DNA of 64,000 nucleotides from Candidatus Kapaibacterium sp. (GTDB lineage Bacteria > Bacteroidota > Ignavibacteria > Kapaibacteriales > UBA2268): contig OY762428.1 of assembly GCA_963665665.1 (NCBI GenBank), positions 3,072,001 to 3,136,000 on the forward strand. The letters run 5' to 3'. The notes under the pieces were generated by a model, which saw only the letters and a program-made list of their open reading frames with translations, searched no databases and had not been told where the DNA came from. The translations under genes were made by a program, and so were the position numbers. Positions 49,615 to 61,189 of the stretch are shown here, one piece after another. Numbering within the stretch: the stretch's first letter is position 1; each line of letters starts with the position of its first letter.

Positions 49615-49979
49615 TGAAACGAATTTACCTATTTATTCTCTTATTTTCAAAGTATAAATTCATTTTGAAAAAATTAACTATATAAATATATTAACCATCT
49701 GGTTAATAATTTTGCAATTTATAAAAATTTTGACAAATATTTTAAGCAATTTTTCTACTGTCAGCAATAATATTTTTCCAAACCTGCCTGCCGTGGGACG
49801 GAAGAGAAACATCAGGACGAGTTGTTCCCTTATGTGGTGGTTATTAATATTTGCAAATTGTTGCCCAAAAAGCGGGCTGGCATTGCAAAAGTAATGAATC
49901 AATATATCGGTACATTTTCAGCTTTCCTGTGCAGGATATTGTTTTTTTTAAAATTATTATAACAGCCGGCGGAATTGAA

Positions 49980-51203
49980 TCAATAATTAATTGTCATCAG
50001 GTAAAGCCGGTTATTAAGAATTCCCAATGTTTCATATCTTCCTTCACGCCAATTATATCGGGGGTCGATTGTTGCATCGACCATCATTCCTGCAACATTC
50101 ATCTTTCTGTCCAGGTATTGCATAACCAGTGAAGTGGATGTACAATAGGCGATAGTTCGGCTTTTGGGTTTAACGGCAATATCTTTTTGCCAGGTTAGAC
50201 CGGTATAAACATCATATCTGCGTCCATTGATATTTACAAAGCAGTCGATCCTGCATCCCACATAATAAAGTTCAGAACCGTCATAGGTAAAATGAGGATA
50301 GCCTGTATCTTCGCCCCCGGCATATTCCGTTGCGTTCAGAACAACAATTTCCTCGCCTTCGTATTCGGCGCTGAAAGCCATCATTGGGAGTTCAGGATGG
50401 AGGATAAAATTAGCAGCTACAGGATATGGCCTGGTAATCAATGGTTCATAGTATTCATCAGAGAACAAAACTCCCTGTGTTTGCCCGCTCATGGATGAAG
50501 CCAGGCATCCGGCAACAGTACCATAAAGGTTAATTGTCAGTTCGCGAATATTAATATAGGGGTCTGTTATTGATTCCTCCCCTTTGTAAACCTGCCATGA
50601 AAAGCCGTTTCTGCCGGCATAAACAATTCTGCCGTCGTACCAGAATCCAGCAACTATTACGGTATCATAAGGAATGCTTTCCTTGCCGTTCACATTGATC
50701 ACGTAGCCTCCGGCCCTTTTGCCGATGAAAGCAATTCTTTCGGAATTATTACTCAGGTAATAGCGCCCGAAACGCTGATACACTCTGATTACACGGTTTT
50801 TCCAGACTATGTATTCATCCCCGGCTTCATAATAGGAATAAACAAGATGCTGGGAATTCGGGCTGAATTCCATCGCTCCGGGATCCGTTCCTGGAAGAAT
50901 CATTACAGAATCATCGGTAACAAGATACCATTGTACATTATCCTTGGCAAAAAATGCCCAGCGTTCGCCGTCCGGAGAGAATACCGGGTAAGTTAACTCG
51001 GCGTAGGATTCAGAACGGATACCGTCAATGATCAGACGGTACTGGCCGGTAAATGGCTTTGTAACAGCCCACCAATGGTGAGTTGTATCCATTCCGATAT
51101 TATGAATTTCCTCTGTTCCGTCCAGCAGCAAATAATCACGGCTCAGATCTGCCCGCAATTCAACAAATGATACAAATATTAGCAGAAAAAATATTAATCG
51201 CAT
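49980..51203 (-). CDS. Secreted hypothetical protein, TolB/WD40-like beta-propeller
   Basis: Signal peptide; FSPDGERWAF and FSPNSQHLVY repeats. Confidence 0.6.
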   Translation of the reverse strand: MRLIFFLLIFVSFVELRADLSRDYLLLDGTEEIHNIGMDTTHHWWAVTKPFTGQYRLIIDGIRSESYAELTYPVFSPDGERWAFFAKDNVQWYLVTDDSVMILPGTDPGAMEFSPNSQHLVYSYYEAGDEYIVWKNRVIRVYQRFGRYYLSNNSERIAFIGKRAGGYVINVNGKESIPYDTVIVAGFWYDGRIVYAGRNGFSWQVYKGEESITDPYINIRELTINLYGTVAGCLASSMSGQTQGVLFSDEYYEPLITRPYPVAANFILHPELPMMAFSAEYEGEEIVVLNATEYAGGEDTGYPHFTYDGSELYYVGCRIDCFVNINGRRYDVYTGLTWQKDIAVKPKSRTIAYCTSTSLVMQYLDRKMNVAGMMVDATIDPRYNWREGRYETLGILNNRLYLMTINY

Positions 51204-51269
51204 AATTTACAGTATTAAGCAACACATAATCAAATAAAGATACGAAAAAAAGGGTTTGCCTGAAAATAT

Positions 51270-51773
51270 TTATTTTTTTCTGAATACGGCTTCAAGAAGA
51301 GCGTTGTGTTCTTTCCATGCTTCAGCACAATTTTTCCTATTGAATTTTGAGCTGCTAAGCCTGCAAATTGGTGGTGTTGGGATCAGTTCGCGGCATACAA
51401 CAGGCCGTTCTGAATGATTCAGGGAGCATCCACTGCCAGTCAGGAATGCACATTCTCCTCTTCGCAAAGGATCAAATGATCTTTCCGCTCCTTTTCTTGC
51501 AGTTCTGAGATAATAGAGGGATTGGGGAAGTGCGTTGCATTGTGTCGGTGTTTCGTAAATATCAACAGCAAACATTCCGGTATTCAGAAGGAAATATATT
51601 TGTTCTGAATTTAATTTTTCGGATTTGATTTTAATATTAAATTTTCCGGGTCTTTGGGATTGATTTTCTAAAAGCAAACTTATAAAACTTTTAACTTCCT
51701 CGGGAAATATCTGTGCTCCGCCTGCCTTGCAGCACAGGCCTCCGCATTCGGCGCATATTTCCGGAATTTCCAT
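51270..51773 (-). CDS. YkgJ family cysteine-cluster (zinc/Fe-S) protein
   Basis: CAECGGLCC ... CAFL...GCSL...RPVVC. Confidence 0.75.
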   Translation of the reverse strand: MEIPEICAECGGLCCKAGGAQIFPEEVKSFISLLLENQSQRPGKFNIKIKSEKLNSEQIYFLLNTGMFAVDIYETPTQCNALPQSLYYLRTARKGAERSFDPLRRGECAFLTGSGCSLNHSERPVVCRELIPTPPICRLSSSKFNRKNCAEAWKEHNALLEAVFRKK

Positions 51774-52363
51774 CAGGTATATAAATTTTTGATTTTGTCA
51801 TACCTGAATGCAGTTGATCTGCCGGATGTTTCCCATTCTTTCAGGCTAATACCTGAATTATCTTTTTCAGACAATAAAGGATTATCTATCGGCCATTTTA
51901 TTCCTATATCAGGATCATTCCAGGAAATACTGCCCTCGCCGGGTTTATTCCAGTAGGCAGTGCATTTGTATTGAAGCTCAACAATGTCCGAAAGGCAGCA
52001 GAAACCGTTTGCAAATCCCGGTGGCACCCAAATCTGGCGCATATTTTCCGAACTGATCTCGATACCGAACCATTTACCAAAAGTAGGCGATCCGGGCCTG
52101 ATATCAACCTCGACGATATATGCCTTGCCGGCTGTTACTCTGATCAGCTTTCCCTGGGGCGGGTCGAATTGGAAGTGCATACCCCTAAGCACGTCTTTAA
52201 CCGAACGGCTATGGTTGTCCTGAATGAATTTAGTATTTACCCCGAGTTCCTGCAGGTCGGAATCCCTGAAGCTTTCCATAAAAAATCCCCTGCTATCCCT
52301 GAAAACCTTAGTATCAAATATTTTAAGCCCGTTCAGTTCTTCGCCGATTAATTCCAATGCCAT
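51773..52363 (-). CDS. rfbC: dTDP-4-dehydrorhamnose 3,5-epimerase
   Basis: DSRGFFME, QDNHSRS, VLRGMHFQ, DIRPGSPTFGKW, WNDPDIGIKWP, LSEKD. Confidence 0.95.
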   Translation of the reverse strand: MALELIGEELNGLKIFDTKVFRDSRGFFMESFRDSDLQELGVNTKFIQDNHSRSVKDVLRGMHFQFDPPQGKLIRVTAGKAYIVEVDIRPGSPTFGKWFGIEISSENMRQIWVPPGFANGFCCLSDIVELQYKCTAYWNKPGEGSISWNDPDIGIKWPIDNPLLSEKDNSGISLKEWETSGRSTAFRYDKIKNLYT

Positions 52364-52604
52364 TTCAATTTCTTCATTGTTTTAAAAGAACAAAAATAGT
52401 AAAAATTCGTGAGAACGGGGAAGGAAGAATATATGCCTGAAGCAAGCTTGGATATCTTTTTCAAAATATCCATAGTAGTCTCGGAAGCATGGGGAGAGGA
52501 AGAATTATTTACGGGGTCTCACAAAACTTCCTGTTTCAATAAAAATGTCCAACACCATCGGTGCCGGACATCTGAATCAAATTTATCCGATTGGCCGGAA
52601 TAAA

Positions 52605-54005
52605 TTATATATTCACGGCTTCGTCGTAGGCCTGCGCTGCTGCTTCCATCACTGCCTCGTTAAGCGTGGGGTGGGCGTGGATAGTTTTGAAAATTGTTTT
52701 GGCTGTAGCGTCAAGGCTTCTTGCCAGGCCTATCTCGCCGATCATTTCAGTAACTTCCGGCCCGATCATGTGAGCGCCAAGCACTTCGCCGTATTTAGCG
52801 TCGAATACAAGTTTCACAAAACCTTTTGCCTCGCCTATTGCATGGGCCTTTCCGCTCGCCGTGAAGGGGAATTTTCCGATTTTCACTTCATGGCCGGCTT
52901 CTTTGGCTTTTTCTTCTGTCAGGCCTACGCTGGCTACCTGGGGCTGGCAGTATGTACAACCGGGAATATTATTATAATCAACGCCTTCGGTTTCATGGCC
53001 GGCAATAATTTCGGCACAGGCAATACCTTCGGCGCTGGCTTTATGGGCAAGCCAGGGCGGGCCGGCTACATCGCCGATAGCATAGACGCCGTCAATATTG
53101 GTACGCATCTTTTCATCAATTTTAATAAATCCGCGGTCAGTTTCAATTCCAAGCTCTTCAAGGCCGATATTCTCGATATTTGCCTGGATGCCAATTGCAT
53201 TAAGCGCCAGTTCAGCTTTAATGGTTTCCTCTTTGCCTTTTTTCTCGACAACTATTTCCACACCGTCACCAACAGCTTTTGCTGATAGTACCTTAGCACC
53301 GGTCATAATTTTCATTTTTGCTTTCTTGAAGTGTCGGGCAAGCTCTTTGGAAACATCAACGTCCTCGATAGGAAGAATTCTGTCCATCATCTCAATAATT
53401 GTTACCTTAGTACCAAAGGCGTTATAGAAATAAGCGAACTCAATACCGATAGCGCCAGCACCCATGATAACCATTGATTCCGGAATTTTCTTCTGTATCA
53501 ATGCTTCCGTACTTGTAAGAATTTTCTTGCGGTCAACTTCAATGCCGGGAATCATTCTCGGACGGGCGCCGGTGGCAATAATGATATTCTTTGCTTTGAT
53601 AGTATCGGTTACTTTGCCGTCTTTATCCATAACTTCCACTTCATTCGGGGAACTAAGTTTGCCCATGCCTTTCACATGTTCAACCTTATATTTCTTGAAT
53701 AAAAACTGTACGCCGCCTGACATCTTGGTGGCAACGTCGCGGCTGCGCTTTATTACAGCAGGAAAATCAACATCAACTTTCTCGATGCTGAAACCAAAGT
53801 TTTTCGATTCATTCAAAAAGTGCATATATTCTGCATTTTTAAGTAATGCTTTGGTTGGAATACAACCCCAGTTCAGGCACACGCCGCCAAGAGCTTCTTT
53901 TTCAACACAAATTGTTTTCAGTCCGAGCTGAGAAGCGCGAATCGCGGCAACGTATCCACCGGGGCCCGATCCGACAACAACTACATCTGCTTCATGCTTA
54001 TTCAT
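52605..54005 (-). CDS. lpdA: Dihydrolipoyl dehydrogenase
   Basis: GSGPGGY, redox GGVCLNWGCIPTK, GAGAIG, AIGDV, HAHPTLNE. Confidence 0.97.
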   Translation of the reverse strand: MNKHEADVVVVGSGPGGYVAAIRASQLGLKTICVEKEALGGVCLNWGCIPTKALLKNAEYMHFLNESKNFGFSIEKVDVDFPAVIKRSRDVATKMSGGVQFLFKKYKVEHVKGMGKLSSPNEVEVMDKDGKVTDTIKAKNIIIATGARPRMIPGIEVDRKKILTSTEALIQKKIPESMVIMGAGAIGIEFAYFYNAFGTKVTIIEMMDRILPIEDVDVSKELARHFKKAKMKIMTGAKVLSAKAVGDGVEIVVEKKGKEETIKAELALNAIGIQANIENIGLEELGIETDRGFIKIDEKMRTNIDGVYAIGDVAGPPWLAHKASAEGIACAEIIAGHETEGVDYNNIPGCTYCQPQVASVGLTEEKAKEAGHEVKIGKFPFTASGKAHAIGEAKGFVKLVFDAKYGEVLGAHMIGPEVTEMIGEIGLARSLDATAKTIFKTIHAHPTLNEAVMEAAAQAYDEAVNI

Positions 54006-54223
54006 ATTTTTACCTTTTAATATTATTTATAATAAAATTATACGATATTCAGTTTTATCAAATTCAAATATTTTCAAAAATAATTCTATTAAACCTGAAA
54101 AAAAAATTCAGGAACATGTTTAAAACTTATCAGGCTAAAAAATATTTTGCAATTTTTGTAACTATTTTGTAAAAATCTGTGTAGTTTATTTAATTGTAAA
54201 AGATAAAAATTGATTGACATAAA

Positions 54224-56983
54224 ATGGAATTCATTATGAAAAAGATTATCACCTTATTAATTACTCTCTCGACAGTTTTGATTTTTGGCAGAATGCAGAT
54301 ATTTGCCGAAGCTCCTAAGATAAGCCTTGATAATGATTACGGGGAGATTCAACGGCAGTTCAACAAATGGCTTGATACTGCCGACTACATGAATGAAAAA
54401 GGCTGGAAAAACTATGCCCGCTACCTTTATAATAATAGTTTTTATGTTGATAGTAAAGGAAAGCTGGACGTTGAAAGGTTCAGGTTTAACCAGATTGAAC
54501 AGAAAAACAGGAATGACCGTATCCTGGATGATGCCGGGTGGATACCAGCCGGTCCGGGTTACTATGCCCCTTCTTATGATACGCTTTCCGGGCATGGTAT
54601 TGGCAGGTTGAACTGTGTTACTTTCCATCCTGATGACCCGAACACATTTTGGATTGGCGCACCCGAAGGCGGTATCTGGAAAACAGTTAATGCCGGGCAA
54701 AGCTGGATGCCGATGAATGAAGGCTTAACAACTCTTTCTGTTTCTTCAATAGCAGTAGACCCCAATAATACAGATGTAATCTACCTTGGCAGCGGTGATT
54801 TTGATCAGGAGAAAGCTTATTCGTTCAGGGCTCACGGAGTATTCAAAACAACTAATGGCGGACTGAATTGGGAAGAAACCGGGCTTAACATCAATACTCC
54901 CGGATTTAACAGATCTTCAGTCAGGGATTTAGTTGTTTCCCCTGATGGGAACAGCATTCTTGCCGCCTGTTACTTCGGTGTCTGGAAATCACAGGACGGA
55001 GGAATGACCTGGGATACAACTCTTGACTGGGCTATTTGCGATATGAAACAGCATCCCCAAAGAAAAAACGAAGTTTATGCAATGACTCATTTTTCCTGGA
55101 GCCGTGGGCAGGGTTCATGGATAATGAAATCAACGGATTTCGGCGATTCCTGGGAACAGCTCAGCTTTAATACAACCGACAGTATTATGTACGGCAGGAT
55201 GGAAATGGAATTCTCGAATGCTGATCCGGAATACTTATATATACTGTGTGTAGGAGAGCAAATTAACCGTAGAGGTTTTCACGCTCTTCATCGATCAACA
55301 GATGGAGGCGATACATGGGAAATGATGTCTGATATTAATAGCTCTCCGAATATTATGGCATGGTACGACGGTGTTGCGAACGGTGGTCAGGGTACTTATG
55401 ATGTAATGCTGATAACAGATCCTGATGACCGAGATAAAATTTATGTTGGAGGTGTTAATGTCTGGGGATCGGAAGACGGCGGAGCTACATGGAATATTGC
55501 CACACTCTGGCTCAATGCCCTTGGCCCAAGCCTTCACGCGGATCAGCATTATGGTGCTTACCGGCCGCTGGACGGATATTTTTACATCTGCAATGACGGA
55601 GGTATTTACAGGACAAAAGATATTATTCCCGGGAAAACAGAATGGATTACGGAAGTGGTTGATAAAAGCAACGAAGGAGTCAAGCCCGACGCTCCAGTAA
55701 GAAGATTTGAAACAAAGTGGGAAAATATTTCCGGCAATATGGAAATTACCCAGTTCTACAGGATGGGACTTTCGAAAAATCATGCAAATTACGTAACTGC
55801 AGGGGCGCAGGATAATTCCTGCTACTACCTGAACAGTAATGAGGACTGGATTAACTACATACCCAACTATGACGGTATGGAGACAATGATAGATTATACC
55901 AATCCTGACAGGATATTTGGCGCCTGGCAGTTTGGCGGGCTTTGCCGTTCCGAAGACGGAGGTAAAACGGTAGATAAAAACATTACTTATGAAATTAATA
56001 ACTCCGGGGAAAGAGGCCAGTGGATAACACCTTACGCCATGGATCCGAATAATCCCGATATTATATACGGCGGCTACAGGAACCTGTGGCGGACAACCGA
56101 CGGCGGCGATACATGGCTGAAAATATTTAACGTGGATGAATATATCCAGGAAACAGGAAATACCAATGGTATGAGCGATATTGAAATATCCCGAACCGAT
56201 CCGGAAAGGATCATTATTTATAAATCGCCTTTTTATAACTGGAATCTCGATACTACTTTTATCCATGAAATGTATATGAGCAGGGACGGCGGAAATTCAT
56301 TTGAACCAGTTACTCAGTTACTTCCGGAATCAATTAATTTAGTAAACGATATTGAAATTGATGACGATGACAGCGACCATGTATGGATAGTAGGTACTGC
56401 CGGAAGCCTGGGCGGAGTTATGTACGAATCGAAAGACGGCTGCCAGACATGGGAAAACAAGAACAAGGCTATGATATTTCCCGGAGCGAATTATGCAGTT
56501 GTACTCGACAGCAGAACAGATGAAAATGTGGTCTACGTAGGCAACGAGGGTGTGGTGTATATGACATCCGACAGTATGGACAAATGGGAAACCTACAGCA
56601 AGGACCTGCCACTATCAAGGGTTTACGAACTGGAAATAAATTATCCCTCCGAAAGAATTTATGCCGCCACATACGGCCGAGGCGTATGGTACGCACCGCT
56701 ATTCGATCCGAATGTATCGGTAGATGATAATCAATCCGGTGAAAGCAGCCTGAAAATAAGCCCCAACCCTTCGAAGGACAGGATAGAAGTACAGATTGCA
56801 AATAAGAAAACAACACCGGCTTTGGTTTCTATCATTGATATTAACGGCAGGAGAGTCAGAAATTACAATATGAATATTGAATCCGGGCAATTTACCATCG
56901 AACACGGCTTAAACCCCGGAGTATATTTTATTAATATCACTATTGGCAGTAAAATTATGTCAAGCAGGTTTGTTGTTCAATAG
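54224..56983 (+). CDS. Secreted BNR/VPS10-like beta-propeller (glycosyl hydrolase-like) protein with T9SS CTD
   Basis: Multiple S/T-x-DGG-x-x-W boxes, GAQDN, AATYGRGVW, CTD ISPNPS...IDINGR...PGVYFI. Confidence 0.85.
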   Translation: MEFIMKKIITLLITLSTVLIFGRMQIFAEAPKISLDNDYGEIQRQFNKWLDTADYMNEKGWKNYARYLYNNSFYVDSKGKLDVERFRFNQIEQKNRNDRILDDAGWIPAGPGYYAPSYDTLSGHGIGRLNCVTFHPDDPNTFWIGAPEGGIWKTVNAGQSWMPMNEGLTTLSVSSIAVDPNNTDVIYLGSGDFDQEKAYSFRAHGVFKTTNGGLNWEETGLNINTPGFNRSSVRDLVVSPDGNSILAACYFGVWKSQDGGMTWDTTLDWAICDMKQHPQRKNEVYAMTHFSWSRGQGSWIMKSTDFGDSWEQLSFNTTDSIMYGRMEMEFSNADPEYLYILCVGEQINRRGFHALHRSTDGGDTWEMMSDINSSPNIMAWYDGVANGGQGTYDVMLITDPDDRDKIYVGGVNVWGSEDGGATWNIATLWLNALGPSLHADQHYGAYRPLDGYFYICNDGGIYRTKDIIPGKTEWITEVVDKSNEGVKPDAPVRRFETKWENISGNMEITQFYRMGLSKNHANYVTAGAQDNSCYYLNSNEDWINYIPNYDGMETMIDYTNPDRIFGAWQFGGLCRSEDGGKTVDKNITYEINNSGERGQWITPYAMDPNNPDIIYGGYRNLWRTTDGGDTWLKIFNVDEYIQETGNTNGMSDIEISRTDPERIIIYKSPFYNWNLDTTFIHEMYMSRDGGNSFEPVTQLLPESINLVNDIEIDDDDSDHVWIVGTAGSLGGVMYESKDGCQTWENKNKAMIFPGANYAVVLDSRTDENVVYVGNEGVVYMTSDSMDKWETYSKDLPLSRVYELEINYPSERIYAATYGRGVWYAPLFDPNVSVDDNQSGESSLKISPNPSKDRIEVQIANKKTTPALVSIIDINGRRVRNYNMNIESGQFTIEHGLNPGVYFINITIGSKIMSSRFVVQ

Positions 56984-57445
56984 ATTAAATTTTTATTCAT
57001 CCGATCACTTTAAGTGATCGGGTGAAACCGAATCATATCAAATTTAAAAAAAGTAGCCACTTCATATTTTCCTCCTTCCCAAGCCCCGCTTGGGAAGGTA
57101 ATTTTCCCGTAAAGTTTTACTTTTGAATTGCGAAGTCAAGTTTCAAAGGAAAGCTAAATTACCAAGTAAAACATGGTAATGAAGGAAAATATTCAAAAGA
57201 GCATTAAAAGGGTGAAAATTTAAGGTCTCGGGATGGGTAAATGTATTTCTACTGCAAATTTTATCTAACCTTTTTGTAACGCATCTTCAATTATTTTTGT
57301 TCGTGGTTGTTTTACGGGTTTTTTGGGAATTGGTTGATTATGTATGTATCTGAATGCTGCAAGATAGTTCGTAGTATAAATTAGATATTGAAGAAAATAT
57401 GCTGGATTTACTTTGCACAAAGCTTTACAAAATAATTTTGTGTCT

Positions 57446-58057
57446 TTATTCATAATCAATCATTTGTTTAATATATTCCTTTTTGTTAAGATTCAGAAAG
57501 TCATTAATCGTTAAATTATCTGGATTTTCCGATTTCAATTTCCTCATTTCGTCTTTACCTTCTTTTTCATTTCCCAAAAGTATCAATGAAAAGGCACGAT
57601 TAAGTCTATTTGCAAACAAAAACTTTACTTTTTCGGGATCATCTATTCTTTCATCATATAACTCAATACTTTTTCTATAATATTGTTTTGCGGTTAAAGA
57701 GTCTCCCATTCTATCATATAGCATACCTGCAAATGTCCATGCTTCAGCCAGGTCCGGTTTTATCTCTATAACCTTATTACTTGCCTGTAATGCTTTATCA
57801 TATTGTTTTTTATTTAAGTAAAGAGTGGTCATATTGGAATATAATATGTGATAATTTTCATCAATCTCAATGGCTTTGTTAAATAGAACTAATGCTTTGT
57901 CATAATCTCTGCGTTGCATTAATTGAACAGCTTTGTTATTTAATTCAATTGCTTTAGGATTTACTTCATATCCTTTGCAAGATTGCAAAATCGAAATAAT
58001 AATAAAAAGAATAATTGTTAATCTTATTCCATTTATTATCTTCAAAATAAAATTCAT
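57446..58057 (-). CDS. Tetratricopeptide-repeat lipoprotein
   Basis: Lipobox LQSC; TPR helices (YDKAL..FNKAIEID, IEIKPDLAEAW); ATG 58057 after AAGGAG. Confidence 0.75.
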   Translation of the reverse strand: MNFILKIINGIRLTIILFIIISILQSCKGYEVNPKAIELNNKAVQLMQRRDYDKALVLFNKAIEIDENYHILYSNMTTLYLNKKQYDKALQASNKVIEIKPDLAEAWTFAGMLYDRMGDSLTAKQYYRKSIELYDERIDDPEKVKFLFANRLNRAFSLILLGNEKEGKDEMRKLKSENPDNLTINDFLNLNKKEYIKQMIDYE

Positions 58058-58882
58058 ATTATATCTCCTTTTGATCAATTTTCCACCCATCTGTAATGAA
58101 TTTTATATCGTTTGGTTCCAAACAGACAGCAATTCTGCCTTTCTCTAATTCAATATTTTCCATGTCTATATGCTAAATATTTTGTAAATGGAAATAATCT
58201 TTTCTATCAATATCAAAACCCAATATACAAAAAAATATGAATTAGAATTAGGGTATATCAATTAATAATGAACTGAGAAAATAAATTCTAATCTTGGTGA
58301 AATATCACTATTATATTCTCTTTTCAGATTAGTGCAAAATGCCGATTTATATAGCCACCTGCTTTAGCTCCTGGTAAGCATTTGAGAATTTATCAGCCGG
58401 ACTTCAGTCCTTTAGATGATATGGGTTAAAAACCGAATAACTAATTCTTTATCTTTCGGGATGTCTCTTTTTTCTAAAAAGTATTTTAAAACCACCCCGC
58501 CCTTCGGGCATCCCTCCGGCGTAGGGGAATCGCCTTAATTTATAATTATCATTAAGTTAATTTCCCTCCCGTGGAGGGGATTAAAGGGGTGGTTCATCGA
58601 TAATATAAAAAAATTGTAAAATAAAAATGCTTGTTATGCTATTAAAAGTCAGCCTCCTGTTGGGATGTAGATTTGTTCAGAAAAGCATTTATGTATTCCC
58701 GTTAATTGGGTGTAAGTTTATTAACTCATCGGATGACTCGGAGTCATCCGATGAGTGATACCCCCCCACCTTTCCTCATAAATAATTACAAAATACTTTT
58801 AAAATCAGCTCTTTAATTATAACACTGCCGAGGCCGTAGATTGCCCGCGTTAATATTTCAAAACATTAGAAAAGGATATATT

Positions 58883-59704
58883 ATGTGGATAGAAATATTT
58901 CGCGCTGGAAAACATACCGACAACGGCGGCCTGACAGCCGAGTTTTCCGAAGCTGATATTGATGAGATTGTCAGAAAGTATAATGCAAAAGACCCGGCGG
59001 AGCAGGCGCCGCTCGTAAAAGGCCATCCGGCACTGGACAGCCCGGCGCACGGATGGGTGGAACGCCTGGCAAGGCGCGGCGGAACAATGCTTGCACGTAT
59101 AAAAAATTTCTCCGATGAGATTGTGGCGGATATCAACGCCGGGAGGTTTCGCAGGGTATCGGTTGCTCTCTACCCGGATATGACTCTGCGCCACGTGGGT
59201 TTGCTTGGCGCTGCCGCCCCGGCAGTGTCAGGACTTCGCCCCGTTCGTTTCTCGGAGTTCGATAATATTAAAGAATACAACTTTGATATTAACCCGGCTC
59301 CGGAGGACGAAGAAAAGGGCGAGCTGCGAACGGAAATCGAAAAGCTGAAGAAAACCGCCCGTCTGAAGGAATTCCGCGAATTTGCCTCCAGGCAGAATAT
59401 AAGCCCGGCATCCGCTGCCAGGCTGGTAGATGCGCTCGAAGCTGCCTACAGGGCTGATGAAGCAAACACCGGGGGCGGAAAATCGGCTGTTGATACAGTT
59501 AAGGAATTCGCGCGAGAATTCAGCAAAGGCCCGGAGTTCGGAGAAATGAAGCAAAGCGCCCCGGCAAACAGGCTGCCGGCGAGAGATTTTTCAGGAACGA
59601 ATACTCCCGAACAGAGAAAGGCACTGCACGAAAAGGCCGTCAACCTGATGAATGCCTCGCCCTGCCTTTCATACGAGGAAGCGCTGCTAAGGGCGTGGGG
59701 GTAA
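58883..59704 (+). CDS. Mu-like prophage I protein (prohead protease/scaffold)
   Basis: WIEIFRAG.H, APLVKGHP...PAHGWV, FRRVSVAL, LRHVGLLGAAAPAV.GL motifs, then a scaffold-like helical tail ending SYEEAL. Confidence 0.8.
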   Translation: MWIEIFRAGKHTDNGGLTAEFSEADIDEIVRKYNAKDPAEQAPLVKGHPALDSPAHGWVERLARRGGTMLARIKNFSDEIVADINAGRFRRVSVALYPDMTLRHVGLLGAAAPAVSGLRPVRFSEFDNIKEYNFDINPAPEDEEKGELRTEIEKLKKTARLKEFREFASRQNISPASAARLVDALEAAYRADEANTGGGKSAVDTVKEFAREFSKGPEFGEMKQSAPANRLPARDFSGTNTPEQRKALHEKAVNLMNASPCLSYEEALLRAWG

Positions 59705-59953
59705 ACGTATTAACCTTCAGAAGGTGGAACCTTCGGAAGGTTGTGCAAAATGACACTCTAACACCAGGGCTCGTCGGGATATCCTTTCAAACCTCTGTCC
59801 TAGGTCCTGCCTGGGATAGTATAAACTACAAAAGCGTTGCTAAGCAGGGGCTTAGCAACGAGAAGAAGAACCTCCCCTTAAATCTCCTCCAATGGAGGGG
59901 AATGAAAAAAGATAGATAATTCAGGAACTAATTTAAAATAACAGGAGAACAAA

Positions 59954-60901
59954 ATGTCAACAGCAAGAATAGACGAACTGAGAATGATCGATCCCGTGCT
60001 GTCAACGGTAGCACAGGGATATACAAACGCCGCCATGGTATCAACGAAACTCTTCCCGATAGTGGAAGTAAGCAAACTGAAGGGCAAGGTTCCCGAATTC
60101 GGCAGGGAATCCTTCCTGATACGTGATACTGTAAGGGCAATCCGCGCGGCATCAAACAGGATAGCCCCTGCCGATGTGAACATGATAGAATTTCAGACGC
60201 AGGAAAGAGATATTGAAACAGCGATCGATTACCTTGAGGAAGAGGAAAGCCCGGACTTCCTGCGATACGAGCAGCGCCTGACCCGTGACCTTATGGACAT
60301 ACTCCTGCTGGAAAGAGAAAAACTGGCCGCTGACCTGGCGCAGGATACAGGTAACTACGGCAGCGGGTTAACGAAGACTCTGGACGATAGCAACTGTTTC
60401 GATGATTACAGCCTGGCTATTGATCCCGTGGCGATAATAAAACAGGGGATGATAGCTGTTCGTGAGAAAATTGCAAAGTACCCGAACACAATGGTAATGG
60501 GAGATTCAGTTTACAACGCGCTTACCTCTCATCCGAAAATAATCGAACGGGTAAAATACGCAGGTATCAGCAAAGTTGATGTCGGCGTGTTCAGGGAATT
60601 GTTCGGTATAAAGGATATTCATATCGGCAGGGCTGTGCAAACCGAAGACGGCGCGACATTCAGCGATATATGGCAGGATAATATCATTATGGCTTATACT
60701 GATAAAAATGAAAGGGGCAAACGCAGCGAGTTCAATCCGAGTTTCGGCTATACCTTCAGACGTAAGGATATGCCAGAGGTGGACAGCTACTTCGAGAACG
60801 GCGGCAAGCTGAAAGTTGTCCGCGCCACGGAAAATTATACTATAAAGATCACTGCTCAGGACGCGGCATATCTTATAACCGGTGCTGTGCTGTACGGGTA
60901 G
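59954..60901 (+). CDS. Phage major capsid protein
   Basis: LRMIDPVLSTVAQGYTN...LFPIV, PNTMVMG, HPKI, PSFGYTF, AYLI motifs of HK97-fold capsids; directly after the protease; strong SD. Confidence 0.8.
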   Translation: MSTARIDELRMIDPVLSTVAQGYTNAAMVSTKLFPIVEVSKLKGKVPEFGRESFLIRDTVRAIRAASNRIAPADVNMIEFQTQERDIETAIDYLEEEESPDFLRYEQRLTRDLMDILLLEREKLAADLAQDTGNYGSGLTKTLDDSNCFDDYSLAIDPVAIIKQGMIAVREKIAKYPNTMVMGDSVYNALTSHPKIIERVKYAGISKVDVGVFRELFGIKDIHIGRAVQTEDGATFSDIWQDNIIMAYTDKNERGKRSEFNPSFGYTFRRKDMPEVDSYFENGGKLKVVRATENYTIKITAQDAAYLITGAVLYG

Positions 60902-61189
60902 GGATTGGTCTAAAGGAGACGGTTCTATCCAATTTGTCATTTTGAGCGATAGCGAAGAATCCATTCTTCAACATTTCTCATCAGGAGAAGAACCTCCCCT
61001 ATAATCCCCTCCTCCGCGAAGAGGGGATAAGAAATAAATATGTAAAAATTCCCCTCTCGAGGGGTGGCAGCGAAGCTGACGGGGTGGTTCTTTATACGAG
61101 AAGAAGAACCACCCCTTTGATCCCCTACAATGGAGGGGAATGAAAAACAGAATGAATAAATCAAATAACTACAATCAAAGGAGAAAATT

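Noticed and set aside
52545-53285. 246-aa plus-strand ORF
   Set aside because: Antisense shadow of lpdA
55295-56266. 323-aa minus-strand ORF
   Set aside because: Antisense shadow of the T9SS beta-propeller gene with no recognisable motifs
58059-58163. Short minus-strand ORF MENIELEKGRIAVCLEPNDIKFITDGWKIDQKEI upstream of the TPR gene
   Set aside because: Only 34 aa; it may be a gene remnant, but no family is recognisable and evidence is insufficient to call it
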